From a virus (lineage: Duplodnaviria > Caudoviricetes): a stretch of 62,370 nucleotides of DNA. This document shows, one piece after another, positions 29,509 to 39,951 of this stretch. Within the stretch, counting starts at the first letter, position 1, and each line of letters starts with the position of its first letter. The stretch lies in IMG/VR virus record IMGVR_UViG_3300023184_000125, positions 1 through 62,370 of that record, one strand, 5' to 3'. Made by a program: the position numbers and the translations under genes. The notes under the pieces were generated by a model. It made no database searches and had not been told where the DNA came from. It saw only the letters and a list, made by a program, of their open reading frames with translations.

Positions 29509-31587
29509 ATGGCAACTAAAAATGTAGTAATGGGTAATATACGAGAACCCGTATGTGATAATTTAAAATCATATGAAGACAGCAAACTAGGTAATGAGGC
29601 GGGTAAACTTATTTTTAAAACCGACATGCGAAAAGATGAATATGGATCCGCTATTGCAAACGATTTGTCATTTGTTCATTTACAGGATAAACATAGTTCT
29701 TTTTTAAGTTTACGTGGTGGTAAAGTTATAAGAAAATCTAGCTCAAATATGGTTGATTATTCTGTTAGAGATTATCATCAATTTGTAGGTAATGATGCGC
29801 AATATGTTTATAAGGGAGATTTAAATGTATATGTAGAGGGTAGTTATAATATACAAAGAGGAACTCATACCGCACAGGCTATTAAAGATAGCCAAGATCT
29901 ACAAAATATTACAACTGAAATAGATAATAAATGTATTGAGGCTATTGAAAAAAATTCTAAAAATTCAGAAAAACAAAGATGTCCAATATGTGCTAATAAA
30001 GTTGACGTTGATAGAGCAAGTTTCATGGTTGATACTTTTTTTAAGTATGCTGCAAAATTTTTTAATATTCTACCCAACATGCCATTTGGAAATCTGATGG
30101 GTAAGATACAAGCAGTTTTAAGAACGGTTTTAGCATTTTTTTTAGATAGTATTTTTATTGGCGCATTAACATCAGATGGTTCTTGTGGTAGTAGTGGATG
30201 TGAAAAGGGTATGATTTCTTCTCCTTTAAAAGCCATCCAAGAAGGTAATAAGGTTGCTGCTGAAGAATACCAAAAAAATAAGAAACAAATTGCTGAACTC
30301 CAGAAAAAAATACCAAATGAAAGTGGTGTGGATGTCATATCATCTGATGTTAAACTTAAAGTTGGTTTAGTGACAAATACATCTAAGGTTATATCATATC
30401 TCCAACCGGAGCCTGTTATAACCGAGTTAGTGAAGGCCACTCCGGATTATTGTTTGATACCATCATCAAGAGGTTCTTGTAAAAGAACATCATATCAAGA
30501 TCCAACATTATTAGCCGGATCTTATGATCTAGAAGTTGGTCAAAAATATAGCTTAACGGTTGGTTCTGGTGGTATTAGTTCGAAAACAACAGGTAAAATA
30601 GAAGCTATGGGGGCAACTGTAGTTGTTAACGCATCAGAAGGAGAATTGCTTTTAACATCTAAAAATAAAACAATTGTTAGTGGATCCAATGTTGTATTAA
30701 CGGCAAGGCAATCCGATGGTGATGCTATTATTCTAGATTCGGATCGAGTTTTTGTTGGCGGTAAATTAAGTGTAAAAGCTGATTTAGCTGTAAAGGGATC
30801 AATAGTTATGGATGGTGGTATACAATGCAATCATATAATAACACCGATAGAAAATATACAAACAACAGTGTCTAGTACTGCTCATAATGTTCATTCTAGT
30901 GCTAATTGGAATAACCCAGTTAAACCTGATGCTACTACATCTGATTTATTCGATAAAGCATGGAAAGTTTTGCGTGATGCTATATTAGCTATAACCGAAT
31001 ATATAGCAACACCAGACGCGATAAAAGTTTTCTTTGAAGAGATATATTCTACAGCTAGAATTAGCACTGTTATAGATAATACGGGGCTGCCAAGTGGATT
31101 TGCAATGATATATGATTATACTATATTTGCGCCTATTACCGTATATGGCAAATGTAGTTTAGGTGGTGAAATAAAAGGTTTTGTAACACCAACAATGATA
31201 CCCGTGTATAACTATACCCATAACCACGGATCGCCAGGTGATCCTCATGCTCATTCATACATTGTACCGAGAATGTTGGGTTATGATACTTCTAGGGCGG
31301 CAACAGCATCCAGAGATGAGCCTTCTGTAATTCCTACTCCTGCTAAAGCAACCGGTATGGGAAATACATATGGAAATTATCCATCATTTGGTGACTTGGG
31401 TCCGTGTGGTGGTGGTGGATCTCCATTTGGAAATTTAGCTAGAATCAATTCAGCAAAAATAAGAAGAAATGAGGCTTATGGTATACGGGGTGATGCATTC
31501 ACCGGTGATTTTGTTAACGCAAATATTCAATATACTAAAGATGGAGGTATTATACCAACACCAGATCTAAATATTTTAGATTGTTAA
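29509..31587 (+). CDS. gp5 C-terminal-like spike protein (beta-helix)
   Basis: V.G-type repeats (VGND..YVYKGDLNVYVEGSY, VGGKLSVKADLAVKGS) and an HNH...HAH motif. Confidence 0.6.
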   Translation: MATKNVVMGNIREPVCDNLKSYEDSKLGNEAGKLIFKTDMRKDEYGSAIANDLSFVHLQDKHSSFLSLRGGKVIRKSSSNMVDYSVRDYHQFVGNDAQYVYKGDLNVYVEGSYNIQRGTHTAQAIKDSQDLQNITTEIDNKCIEAIEKNSKNSEKQRCPICANKVDVDRASFMVDTFFKYAAKFFNILPNMPFGNLMGKIQAVLRTVLAFFLDSIFIGALTSDGSCGSSGCEKGMISSPLKAIQEGNKVAAEEYQKNKKQIAELQKKIPNESGVDVISSDVKLKVGLVTNTSKVISYLQPEPVITELVKATPDYCLIPSSRGSCKRTSYQDPTLLAGSYDLEVGQKYSLTVGSGGISSKTTGKIEAMGATVVVNASEGELLLTSKNKTIVSGSNVVLTARQSDGDAIILDSDRVFVGGKLSVKADLAVKGSIVMDGGIQCNHIITPIENIQTTVSSTAHNVHSSANWNNPVKPDATTSDLFDKAWKVLRDAILAITEYIATPDAIKVFFEEIYSTARISTVIDNTGLPSGFAMIYDYTIFAPITVYGKCSLGGEIKGFVTPTMIPVYNYTHNHGSPGDPHAHSYIVPRMLGYDTSRAATASRDEPSVIPTPAKATGMGNTYGNYPSFGDLGPCGGGGSPFGNLARINSAKIRRNEAYGIRGDAFTGDFVNANIQYTKDGGIIPTPDLNILDC

Positions 31588-31589
31588 CT

Positions 31590-32771
31590 TTATTTTTTAA
31601 TAATTTTTGATTCTAATGAATTAATTCTTTTTAATAAATCTTCTAAATTAAGAATTGTTTCTCCACCTTGAGATGAAGCATTAACAATAACGGTTGGTGT
31701 ATTATATCTATAATATCTCAATACATATCTATAGAATAAAGATTGATATTTAGCACTTTTCATTATTTTTCGATAATCGGCAATAGGATCAACGATAGCT
31801 CTTGCTAATTCTGATGTAAAAACTGATTTTGATATATCGGAATCTATATCTTTGGTTATCTTTTGTATGTCGAGAATTTTTGAAACTCTTAATATATCAT
31901 CATTCCAATATTTCAAATAAATAGTTTTTCTTCTATCTTCCGATAGAAGTTCTATATGAAACATAGGAGGCATTATTTTTTCATGTAATGTAATAGTCCA
32001 AGTACTAAAAAATTTTTTAATAAACGCAACAAAATAATTAGCTTGCTGCGTCTTACCAAATTCCATTAATTTTTTTCCATATATTCTATAATCTTCAGCA
32101 ACTATTTTTGTATCTACCATATTATCGAAATTTAATGGACATGTTGGTAAATCTATTGCATAAGAATATGAAAATAAGTCATTATAATCTTTACTATGTG
32201 CTCGTAATTCGGCAATTGCGGTTAACTCATGTATTGGTTGCTCTAATTGTGCTATCGTCAATGGTTCGGGATTATCTAAACATATTGAATTGTAAAAATC
32301 ATATTGTGGATATACCGCTTTAAAATCAGGATCATCTAATAATCCTCTAACAAATGTCTCCTTTTCCGTTGACGATTTTTTAGCATATGAATTAGATATT
32401 TGTGCTTTTACTGGTTTACCATCTTTATCGCAAATAACTCCATCTATAATTTGAGTTGATATAAAAGATTGTGATTCAATTCGAACAAGATTGATAGGAA
32501 TGAAATTTACGTATGCAGCTGATAAAAAAAGACCCATAGGCATTCTCGGATCTCCAACATTTGATAATAAAGAAAAATCTTGTGATTGAGTATAAAACGG
32601 TTCTCGATCATCTTTATTCAATACAGGATCTAATCCTGGTATATTAATAAGTTTAACTACGTCGCATAAAAATCCATTATAATCAAAATTTGGATCATAA
32701 AGACTTGCACTATTACTTTTAAATAAAGATGAGTTTATAATTTTTTGTTTACATATTTCTTCAAAATTCAT
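31590..32771 (-). CDS. Hypothetical protein
   Basis: 393-aa ORF, last gene of the minus-strand replication block. Confidence 0.6.
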   Translation of the reverse strand: MNFEEICKQKIINSSLFKSNSASLYDPNFDYNGFLCDVVKLINIPGLDPVLNKDDREPFYTQSQDFSLLSNVGDPRMPMGLFLSAAYVNFIPINLVRIESQSFISTQIIDGVICDKDGKPVKAQISNSYAKKSSTEKETFVRGLLDDPDFKAVYPQYDFYNSICLDNPEPLTIAQLEQPIHELTAIAELRAHSKDYNDLFSYSYAIDLPTCPLNFDNMVDTKIVAEDYRIYGKKLMEFGKTQQANYFVAFIKKFFSTWTITLHEKIMPPMFHIELLSEDRRKTIYLKYWNDDILRVSKILDIQKITKDIDSDISKSVFTSELARAIVDPIADYRKIMKSAKYQSLFYRYVLRYYRYNTPTVIVNASSQGGETILNLEDLLKRINSLESKIIKK

Positions 32772-32772
32772 A

Positions 32773-33162
32773 TTAGTCTAAAAAATTCTCCGTTTGTTGT
32801 CTTATAAAAATGGTTTTTAAAAATTCCATTATAGCATCTCTATCTCGTGGATTTTCAAATTGTTGAAGTATAACTCTATCATCATCTATATTATAACCAA
32901 ATAATAAAAAAGTATTCATATATTCTCCAATATGTTCCTTTAATATCGAAAGATCCCTTCTTCCTATTTTCTGTTTTTGTTTAAATTTTTTATCCCATTC
33001 TGTTAAACTTTTTTGTAGTTCTTGATTATTAATTTCGTTAAAAATTTTTTCTTGGGTTTCTTCAAAAGAAAATGAAAATGTATCAGTTTTTTCCATATCA
33101 GATGATAAAGAAGTAACGTTCGTTTTATTTTTAGTTTTTGATTTTCTTTTTTTTGGTTCCAT
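32773..33162 (-). CDS. Hypothetical protein
   Basis: 129-aa ORF with 1-nt coupling to its neighbours. Confidence 0.65.
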   Translation of the reverse strand: MEPKKRKSKTKNKTNVTSLSSDMEKTDTFSFSFEETQEKIFNEINNQELQKSLTEWDKKFKQKQKIGRRDLSILKEHIGEYMNTFLLFGYNIDDDRVILQQFENPRDRDAIMEFLKTIFIRQQTENFLD

Positions 33163-33488
33163 TATTTTTTAGAGTTATATGTACATGATTTATTATTAAT
33201 GTTAAATTTCACTAAATATTCAACTATAACTTCAATAGAACTTGTTTTTAATTTAAAGTTTTCTGGTATATATTGAGCACCATCATATAACACAAAATAC
33301 TCCTCACCAAAAAAATTATGATTATTAAAACATGTTATGAAAATAGAAGATCCTCTTGGGTCTACTACAATCGTCCATGATCTTGCATCAGATTTAGAAT
33401 AATCTGAATATACTTTATCGGTTACATATCCACAATCTCTTAATCTTTTAATGAAATAACTAGAAGTTGTAATTTTATTGATCGCCAT
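33162..33488 (-). CDS. Hypothetical protein
   Basis: MAINKITT.SYFIKRLRDCGY; packed in the operon. Confidence 0.65.
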   Translation of the reverse strand: MAINKITTSSYFIKRLRDCGYVTDKVYSDYSKSDARSWTIVVDPRGSSIFITCFNNHNFFGEEYFVLYDGAQYIPENFKLKTSSIEVIVEYLVKFNINNKSCTYNSKK

Positions 33489-33510
33489 ATAATAATTTAT
33501 ATTTTTAATA

Positions 33511-34266
33511 CTATTTAACAAGTGCTGAAACTATATATTTTATTTCAATGTCTTGATGTTCCTTCGTCTGAAATACGAAGACTTTATGACTATTATTTAT
33601 CTTAACTCTGACTGGTAATTTACTTGATATTAAATTTTTAAACACTTCTATTTTTATGGCTATCGGATCTTCCAAAACCATACCAAATACTGTATCCGTA
33701 ACTAAAAATGTCATATTATCAACATTTGTCATAGTTTTATCATCAACATCAGCGTAAATCATGTTATTCTTACTATAAAAATATATCTTAGAAACTTCGG
33801 TTGAGAATGAATATGCGGACATTATCTGTTTCAATTTTTGAACTGATATTTCAAATTCTGTATCAAATGTTAATTTTTTTATAATATCTATATTAACACT
33901 AGATTCTGTTATAATACCATCATCCACTAAATGATATTTAAAAAACGTATTTTCATGTTCCGAATCGCTTTTATTTTGACATCTTAAATGATTGGTATTT
34001 AAAGTTATTGAAAATTCTCCATTATCACCTAAACACTCTAGACCAGTTAGCATTTTTTTAATGCTAATTAAATTAAGTCTTATGTTAGATATCTCTATTG
34101 GTAATTCACATGTGGCATATAATATGACTGACTTATCATCTGATGTGCATACTGTATATAATAGATTCTTGTGCGACTTCAACACACAAGAATCTGTAGC
34201 TCTATTTATTGGTTTTAGAAACTTTTCCAAAGCAGTTTTTGGAATAGGTATATTAATTTCATCCAT
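33511..34266 (-). CDS. Sliding clamp (gp45/PCNA-like), divergent
   Basis: 251 aa, alternating alpha/beta two-domain pattern, C-terminal YIVSAL, located in the replication module. Confidence 0.6.
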   Translation of the reverse strand: MDEINIPIPKTALEKFLKPINRATDSCVLKSHKNLLYTVCTSDDKSVILYATCELPIEISNIRLNLISIKKMLTGLECLGDNGEFSITLNTNHLRCQNKSDSEHENTFFKYHLVDDGIITESSVNIDIIKKLTFDTEFEISVQKLKQIMSAYSFSTEVSKIYFYSKNNMIYADVDDKTMTNVDNMTFLVTDTVFGMVLEDPIAIKIEVFKNLISSKLPVRVKINNSHKVFVFQTKEHQDIEIKYIVSALVK

Positions 34267-34633
34267 TTTTTATAAAAGATACTAATAGTTCTAAATTTTT
34301 ATCAATACTCTCTAAAAGCTTCTCTGTTTTTTCCGAAACAATATTTTTTGAAATCGATGCTTCCGAATCATTAAAAACCCTTGGAGTTGGATCCGGCACC
34401 ATCTGTCTAATTAAATCCTCTGGTGGCGGTTTCGCGTAACCAAATGGTGTTTCTGGTGTATTATTAGATGGTGCTTGATTATTATTAACTACCTTAGAAA
34501 TAAACTGATTAATATCCAATCGATTCGCTCTGATATTTCTATCGTATGACATCGAATCAATTTGACCTAGTTGACCTCCCACGAACTTTGCAAGCATCGC
34601 TGCTTGCAAAGCGTCTTCTTTAGAGTCACTCAT
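34259..34633 (-). CDS. Hypothetical protein
   Basis: 124-aa ORF between the SSB and clamp genes. Confidence 0.6.
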   Translation of the reverse strand: MSDSKEDALQAAMLAKFVGGQLGQIDSMSYDRNIRANRLDINQFISKVVNNNQAPSNNTPETPFGYAKPPPEDLIRQMVPDPTPRVFNDSEASISKNIVSEKTEKLLESIDKNLELLVSFIKNG

Positions 34634-34636
34634 GGG

Positions 34637-35470
34637 TTATAGATCTTTCAAGATATCTTGCATTTTTTTATCTTCATCACTTGAGCTTTCTGATGTTGGG
34701 AACGGTACGTCGGTTTCATCTTCATCATCTTCCTCTATGGCATTTGTTTTAACCTCTTGAACTTCATCTTTACCGAAGAAGTGGACATCAAGGATATTCT
34801 TAAGCTCGTCGTATGTTTTTCTCTGGAAAAACGAATCCAATGACTTAACAGATTCGTAAACGGAATCCATATCATCCAATCCTTCAATTTTAGAAGGAGA
34901 CATAAACCGAGAACTTACATAAGTTGGATATCCGCCTTCATTCTTTTCAACCTTGATTCTGAGATTGCATCCATTTTCTGAAAGATCAAAAATACGGAAA
35001 CCGAATTCTTGAGAATCATCACCATCAATCGCACTCTGAATAATTTTTTGCAACTGAGTACCAGAATTCAGGATTTTAACTTTACCGTTATTTTCTGGAT
35101 TAGTTGGGTCGCTAATAACATACGCGTTATATAGCCATTTTTCAGTTTTACGTAATGGTTTAGATTGTTCAATCAACTTTTCATTTTTAGAAGCCCATAC
35201 TTTGGAACGATACTCATCGATTGGGCATTTTTCGCCATATGTGTTAGGACAAAGAACCGAAATCTTCTTACCGGTAGAACAACTATCAAAGATATGTTGC
35301 CAGTAGTGGAATCGTGTCTTTGAGTTATCTTCAAGGTTTGGAAGAAGTCTAACGATGTATGTTTTATCAGGTTCACATTTCAAGAAATCCTTGAAAGAAG
35401 ACTCTGTGTTTGTTTTTACGCTTAGTGATTCCTTTAAGGAATCGAATAGGTTTGAAGTATATTTACTCAT
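34637..35470 (-). CDS. Single-stranded DNA-binding protein, gp32-like
   Basis: VRLLP, H..., CP.TYGEKCPI, N.YVISDP.NPENNGKVKI, FDL..GCN, Y..S.F and an acidic tail. Confidence 0.92.
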   Translation of the reverse strand: MSKYTSNLFDSLKESLSVKTNTESSFKDFLKCEPDKTYIVRLLPNLEDNSKTRFHYWQHIFDSCSTGKKISVLCPNTYGEKCPIDEYRSKVWASKNEKLIEQSKPLRKTEKWLYNAYVISDPTNPENNGKVKILNSGTQLQKIIQSAIDGDDSQEFGFRIFDLSENGCNLRIKVEKNEGGYPTYVSSRFMSPSKIEGLDDMDSVYESVKSLDSFFQRKTYDELKNILDVHFFGKDEVQEVKTNAIEEDDEDETDVPFPTSESSSDEDKKMQDILKDL

Positions 35471-35491
35471 ATCAGACTTTAATATTACCAA

Positions 35492-36148
35492 TTATTTTAC
35501 GGATTGCAACTCTTTTTTTATAAAATATTTTATTTTATCGGTTCCTCTTTTTACATAGTCTATCGCTTTAATTGAATTATTATATCTAATTTTAATCTTT
35601 ACAATTCTATTTGATAAATCTTCAGAAAAAATATCAACTACATCTTTTGGAGTCTCATCTATAGTCCTTAATAAATCACCAAGCTCCATTAAGCTATATG
35701 GATTTATATTTCTTTCTCTATAATGATTCATCCATGTAAAGATGACTCCCGATTTATGATTTAAATAATTTTCTACTAGTATTTTATTATCAAAACAAAA
35801 CTTCATGATAAAAAATAAACTTTCTTTGATAGAATCAAATTGTTTTTCTGGATTCTCTTCTTCTTTTTGTTTATTGTATATTGAATATGCTCTTATAGCG
35901 GGTCTGGAATTAAAATATTCCAATTTTGGATATGGTTGATTGTGATATATAGCATTTGGAGCGAAGAAAAAATCTTCTATTTTTATATTTTTAAACTTTG
36001 AAAAAAATATATCTAATTTTTTAAGATTAAAATATATATGTTCTGATATATCATCAAAGTTTTTTCTATATTGATACGGTTTTCCATATCTAGAATTTTT
36101 TATGTATATATTATATATCTTTTTTTGATTCTCTGTTAATTCTTGCAT
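35492..36148 (-). CDS. Hypothetical protein, possible gp59-like helicase loader
   Basis: 218 aa, basic and aromatic, immediately upstream of gp32 as gene 59 is in T4. Supported by synteny and size only. Confidence 0.4.
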   Translation of the reverse strand: MQELTENQKKIYNIYIKNSRYGKPYQYRKNFDDISEHIYFNLKKLDIFFSKFKNIKIEDFFFAPNAIYHNQPYPKLEYFNSRPAIRAYSIYNKQKEEENPEKQFDSIKESLFFIMKFCFDNKILVENYLNHKSGVIFTWMNHYRERNINPYSLMELGDLLRTIDETPKDVVDIFSEDLSNRIVKIKIRYNNSIKAIDYVKRGTDKIKYFIKKELQSVK

Positions 36149-36437
36149 TTTTATTCATTTTTGATCTGAATATTTTCTTATAACAATTTGGTGTTGAACT
36201 TAAATACGCTTTTATTATTAAGTGTAAATTATTTTCACCTAAAATAGAAAAATAAATTTTTTGTGTTTTTTTATCGTCTATTATTAATTTTAATAAGTTT
36301 AAAAAATTTATTTTTTTCTTTTTAGAAATGCAAATAAATGATCCTACTTTAAGTGTTAGTTCTTCAAATTCTTCTAAATTTAAGGCTTCAGATGGGTTGT
36401 AAAGTTCATCTAGTTGTTGTGATGATGTTATTATCAT
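36111..36437 (-). CDS. Hypothetical protein
   Basis: 108-aa ORF overlapping both neighbours. Confidence 0.55.
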   Translation of the reverse strand: MIITSSQQLDELYNPSEALNLEEFEELTLKVGSFICISKKKKINFLNLLKLIIDDKKTQKIYFSILGENNLHLIIKAYLSSTPNCYKKIFRSKMNKNARINRESKKDI

Positions 36438-37324
36438 AATGGAATAAAATTTTTAGTCAATTCTAAAAATAAAGGATTCAGTTTACCGACACCTGAAAAT
36501 TTATTTGATGTACCCTCGCAATATTTCTCGCAAAAATATTTTAAATCGAGAGGGTCGTTCGATTTTTTTTGTCTAATTGACAATTTTTCAGTTTTTGTAT
36601 TGATGCAAATAAACAAATCAGATTTAAATTTATCCATTAAATAATCGATTATTAATACGTCTGCTTTTTCAACTGATATAGCAATAGCGGTTTTATACTC
36701 TGAATTTATTTTTACCTTACCCGTAAAGCATTTTATTGATTCTGCATCATTTTTTACTTTTTGTTTTACATTAAAAATAATATTTTTTTGATTTTCCGTA
36801 AATTTAAAAAAACCATTCATGTATGTTTTTATAAATTCTGGAAATTTATTTTTAAATTGATTCCAAAACAAAATATTTAAGTCATATGATTCTGGATGTT
36901 TTAGGTTTGAACAATCATAGTCATCAGCAAATAATATTAATTTTTTTTGGCTTTCCGATAAATTGGGGGATTTATCTTGAAGTAATTTTCTTACTAGTAA
37001 AGAATTTGATGTAAAGTCTTTATGTAATATTTTTGCATTTTTAAATTTATTAACTAATGGTAATGATCTTTCATGATGATCTATTATAGTTATAAATTTT
37101 TTATCTAAATCTGGTATAAATTCATCTCTAATAGATAGATCCATTATAACTATATTGGGTGGATTTATCGTTTTGTTAATAAACTCTTTAATTTTAAAAA
37201 TTTCAAAATTTGTTATTTCTTCATATGAAATAACAGCATCGGGCATGGCCCAAATAAAAGTTAATAAACTAACCGCTCCATCTAAATCTTTATGTGTAAA
37301 AATATGATACGCTTTATTATGCAC
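36434..37324 (-). CDS. DHH-family phosphoesterase
   Basis: THKDLDG, MDLS, IIDHH and DDYD motifs; DHHA1-like C-terminus. Confidence 0.85.
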   Translation of the reverse strand: MHNKAYHIFTHKDLDGAVSLLTFIWAMPDAVISYEEITNFEIFKIKEFINKTINPPNIVIMDLSIRDEFIPDLDKKFITIIDHHERSLPLVNKFKNAKILHKDFTSNSLLVRKLLQDKSPNLSESQKKLILFADDYDCSNLKHPESYDLNILFWNQFKNKFPEFIKTYMNGFFKFTENQKNIIFNVKQKVKNDAESIKCFTGKVKINSEYKTAIAISVEKADVLIIDYLMDKFKSDLFICINTKTEKLSIRQKKSNDPLDLKYFCEKYCEGTSNKFSGVGKLNPLFLELTKNFIPL

Positions 37325-37356
37325 ATACCTATTTACAATAAGTATTTAAAAAATCA

Positions 37357-38784
37357 TTATGAGTCTGTCAAAAAATTTAATCTATTTAATGTTTGATTTA
37401 TATCGTTTCCACCAGAATCTTCATTCATAGATAGTAATGAAGATTCTATATCATCAGTCAAATCTGGTAATTTACCTCTTACGTTATCTACTGGTATTTG
37501 TGAATTTTCATCATCTATTTCCTTAAGAGTTAAAGTTGGATAATCAATACCTAGAATTGTTGTATGTTTTCTAGGACCGAATCTATTCTTAACAATACCC
37601 ATATGGATAATACCGAGATCATTATCCCCCTCCTCCGTCCAAATTGAAAACTGAGCATCAACGGTGTGTGATAACCCCATCGATTCACTAGTTTTATCTA
37701 AGTCTAATTCTCCGGAATTGACCGCACTTCTTGTTGCTTGTGTTGCTGATATTACGGGACATGAAAAAGTATATGATAACGCTCTAAGACTTTCGGTTAT
37801 ATGTTTAATTGATTCGTATGAGTTTAAACCATTAGTTGGTGGTGCGATTAAGTTGATATAATCAACCACTATAGCATCTGGTTTGATACCCTTTTTGACT
37901 AACTTATTTATATAAGTTTTGAGATTTAGAACAGTAACTCCCTTGGGTGGAAATTCTTTAATAATAAGTTTTGATTTTCTGTTTTTTATCTTATATTCGT
38001 TAATAGAATTTTTTAATTTAACTAGATTATTACCAAGTCCGTCGAATGGTATTTGTGTTAATTGAGCAGAAACTCTTTTTGCATATACCTGTTCTGGCAT
38101 TTCTAAAGTTATTAATAATACTGTTTTGTTTTGATTTAAAATATTAGTTGCAATATTACCCAAGAAAATAGATTTTCCTACGTTTGTAACGCCAAAGAAT
38201 ACATACAATGCTCTACCATCAGCCATGAATCCACCACCAATTTTATTATCTAACCATTTCCATCCGGTTGATACTACACTGAAAACTTTCTGAAGATCTT
38301 CACAATGTTCATCAGCAGATTCTAGATAGTCGAATCCAATATTATCAATTAAAGATATACTACACGCCTTTTCGAAATTATCTAAAATTTTAGTACTATC
38401 AATATCTCCAGATTGTACGTCCAGTGATGTTTTTTGCACTGTATCTATAACAGTTTTTTCTTTTAGAAAACGTTCTGTATTTTTAATTAAAACTTCTTTA
38501 TTGTATTTTTTATCTATAGATTGGAATGACAATACAGTTTCTTTAAACGCTTGTTTATCTTCTTCAGATATTAGGTGAGCTTTTAATTCTGTTAAATTTG
38601 GTGCTGCATCATTCTCCAAATAAAACTTTTTTAATATATCGAAAAGTCTTCGTAACTTTTGATCTTTAAAAAAGGAAGGTTTTACATATTCTAAAACAGT
38701 TTCTAAGTAATCATGATCCATGATACAATTGTAAAATATTATTTTTTCAAAAGTATCGAAATCTAGAGGTAGATCTTTAGTCAT
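37357..38784 (-). CDS. Replicative helicase, gp41/DnaB-like
   Basis: GVTNVGKS, TLEM, IKEFP, VDYINL, SATQ..R, SESMGL, KNRFG. Confidence 0.95.
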   Translation of the reverse strand: MTKDLPLDFDTFEKIIFYNCIMDHDYLETVLEYVKPSFFKDQKLRRLFDILKKFYLENDAAPNLTELKAHLISEEDKQAFKETVLSFQSIDKKYNKEVLIKNTERFLKEKTVIDTVQKTSLDVQSGDIDSTKILDNFEKACSISLIDNIGFDYLESADEHCEDLQKVFSVVSTGWKWLDNKIGGGFMADGRALYVFFGVTNVGKSIFLGNIATNILNQNKTVLLITLEMPEQVYAKRVSAQLTQIPFDGLGNNLVKLKNSINEYKIKNRKSKLIIKEFPPKGVTVLNLKTYINKLVKKGIKPDAIVVDYINLIAPPTNGLNSYESIKHITESLRALSYTFSCPVISATQATRSAVNSGELDLDKTSESMGLSHTVDAQFSIWTEEGDNDLGIIHMGIVKNRFGPRKHTTILGIDYPTLTLKEIDDENSQIPVDNVRGKLPDLTDDIESSLLSMNEDSGGNDINQTLNRLNFLTDS

Positions 38785-38789
38785 CTATA

Positions 38790-39917
38790 TTATTTCTCAA
38801 CCGTTTTCTCAACCTTTTTCTCAACGGTTTCGTTATTAAATTTTAATTCTGTTTTTAATTTATGCTCTAATTTTGGTAAAATTTTATCCCACACCTTTTC
38901 ATCATCTTTGAAATCTTTATAAAAACCAATAACTTCTTCTCCGAGAACATAACGATGACCTTGTTTAGTTAGAACTCCATATCCTTCTGCCATCTCTAAT
39001 AAACCAGAATACTTGGAAAGACCATTTCTAAAATTAAGATACATTTCACACTCTAGAAATGGAGGAACAAATCTATTTTTCGTCGTAAGTGCTCTCATGG
39101 TTAGTCCATTCACATCTTTTGATAATGGGGTAACTGTATCTGAAGCATTTTTATTATCAGATTTACCGACACGTTCTTGTTTCGTTGACATCTGGACTAA
39201 TACGGATGACATATATAGCGGTCCCGACCCACCGGATTGACTCTTAATTAAAGTTGGATACATAGCGCCTGGATTGTCATATATATGATTAGTAAATACA
39301 ATCGGACAATTCGCTTTTGCCGCAACGTGTGTTATAGCTCTCAACATACTCTTTAATGATACTGCTCTAGCACCCATATCTGCTGAATCTTTTCCATCAT
39401 CAATAATTTTAGATTCTCTAGCTGAGATTAGATTACCCAATGAATCAATAGCAAGTAATACCTTTCCCTGTAATCCCTTTTCAATAATTGATTTTAAAAA
39501 CTTTACAATTTGATTTCTACACTCTTCTATAATTTCAGTTGGACAATGTTTTATTTTAGATGGATCGCATCCTAAATTTTTTGCAGTATCTCTATCTAAA
39601 GCATTTTCAGTATCAAAATATACAACATGCATACCTTTTTTTTGTGCATGCGCCATGATTTTATTAACCATTAATGTCTTACCGCATGCTTGTGGTCCCG
39701 CGAAGCCTGTTATTCGACCCATTGGGATTCCACCATATAATGAACCTGAAATGATTGCATTGAGAGCCATGCACCCAGTATCAATCCATTCCTCCACTGA
39801 GGAAAGAGTATTTTCATCTAGGAATGCGGCATCAGGATTTAAATCATCTAAAATCTTAAATGCGTCTTCAATTGTTCCGTTTTGCGTGTCATCGTTTTCT
39901 TTTTTAGTCTTAGCCAT
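38790..39917 (-). CDS. uvsX: RecA/UvsX recombinase
   Basis: IDTG..ALN, GPQACGKT, FDTE, IDSLGNL, DMG.RA, TNH.Y, SGG.G, KNRF.PPF. Confidence 0.95.
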   Translation of the reverse strand: MAKTKKENDDTQNGTIEDAFKILDDLNPDAAFLDENTLSSVEEWIDTGCMALNAIISGSLYGGIPMGRITGFAGPQACGKTLMVNKIMAHAQKKGMHVVYFDTENALDRDTAKNLGCDPSKIKHCPTEIIEECRNQIVKFLKSIIEKGLQGKVLLAIDSLGNLISARESKIIDDGKDSADMGARAVSLKSMLRAITHVAAKANCPIVFTNHIYDNPGAMYPTLIKSQSGGSGPLYMSSVLVQMSTKQERVGKSDNKNASDTVTPLSKDVNGLTMRALTTKNRFVPPFLECEMYLNFRNGLSKYSGLLEMAEGYGVLTKQGHRYVLGEEVIGFYKDFKDDEKVWDKILPKLEHKLKTELKFNNETVEKKVEKTVEK

Positions 39918-39923
39918 ATACTG

Positions 39924-39951
39924 ATCATAACAAAAAAGCCTCGAAAGTCAA
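39924..39951 (-). promoter_or_regulatory. Sigma70-like promoter of uvsX
   Basis: TTGACT-16 nt-TATGAT with a TG extension, 6 nt before the ATG. Confidence 0.6.

Noticed and set aside
29865-30440. 191-aa minus-strand ORF inside the spike gene
   Set aside because: Antisense to a well-formed gene, with no motif or start signal.
38793-38826. 12-bp imperfect repeat at the uvsX 3' end
   Set aside because: Encodes the VEKK/VEKT tail; a short slippage repeat with no further evidence.
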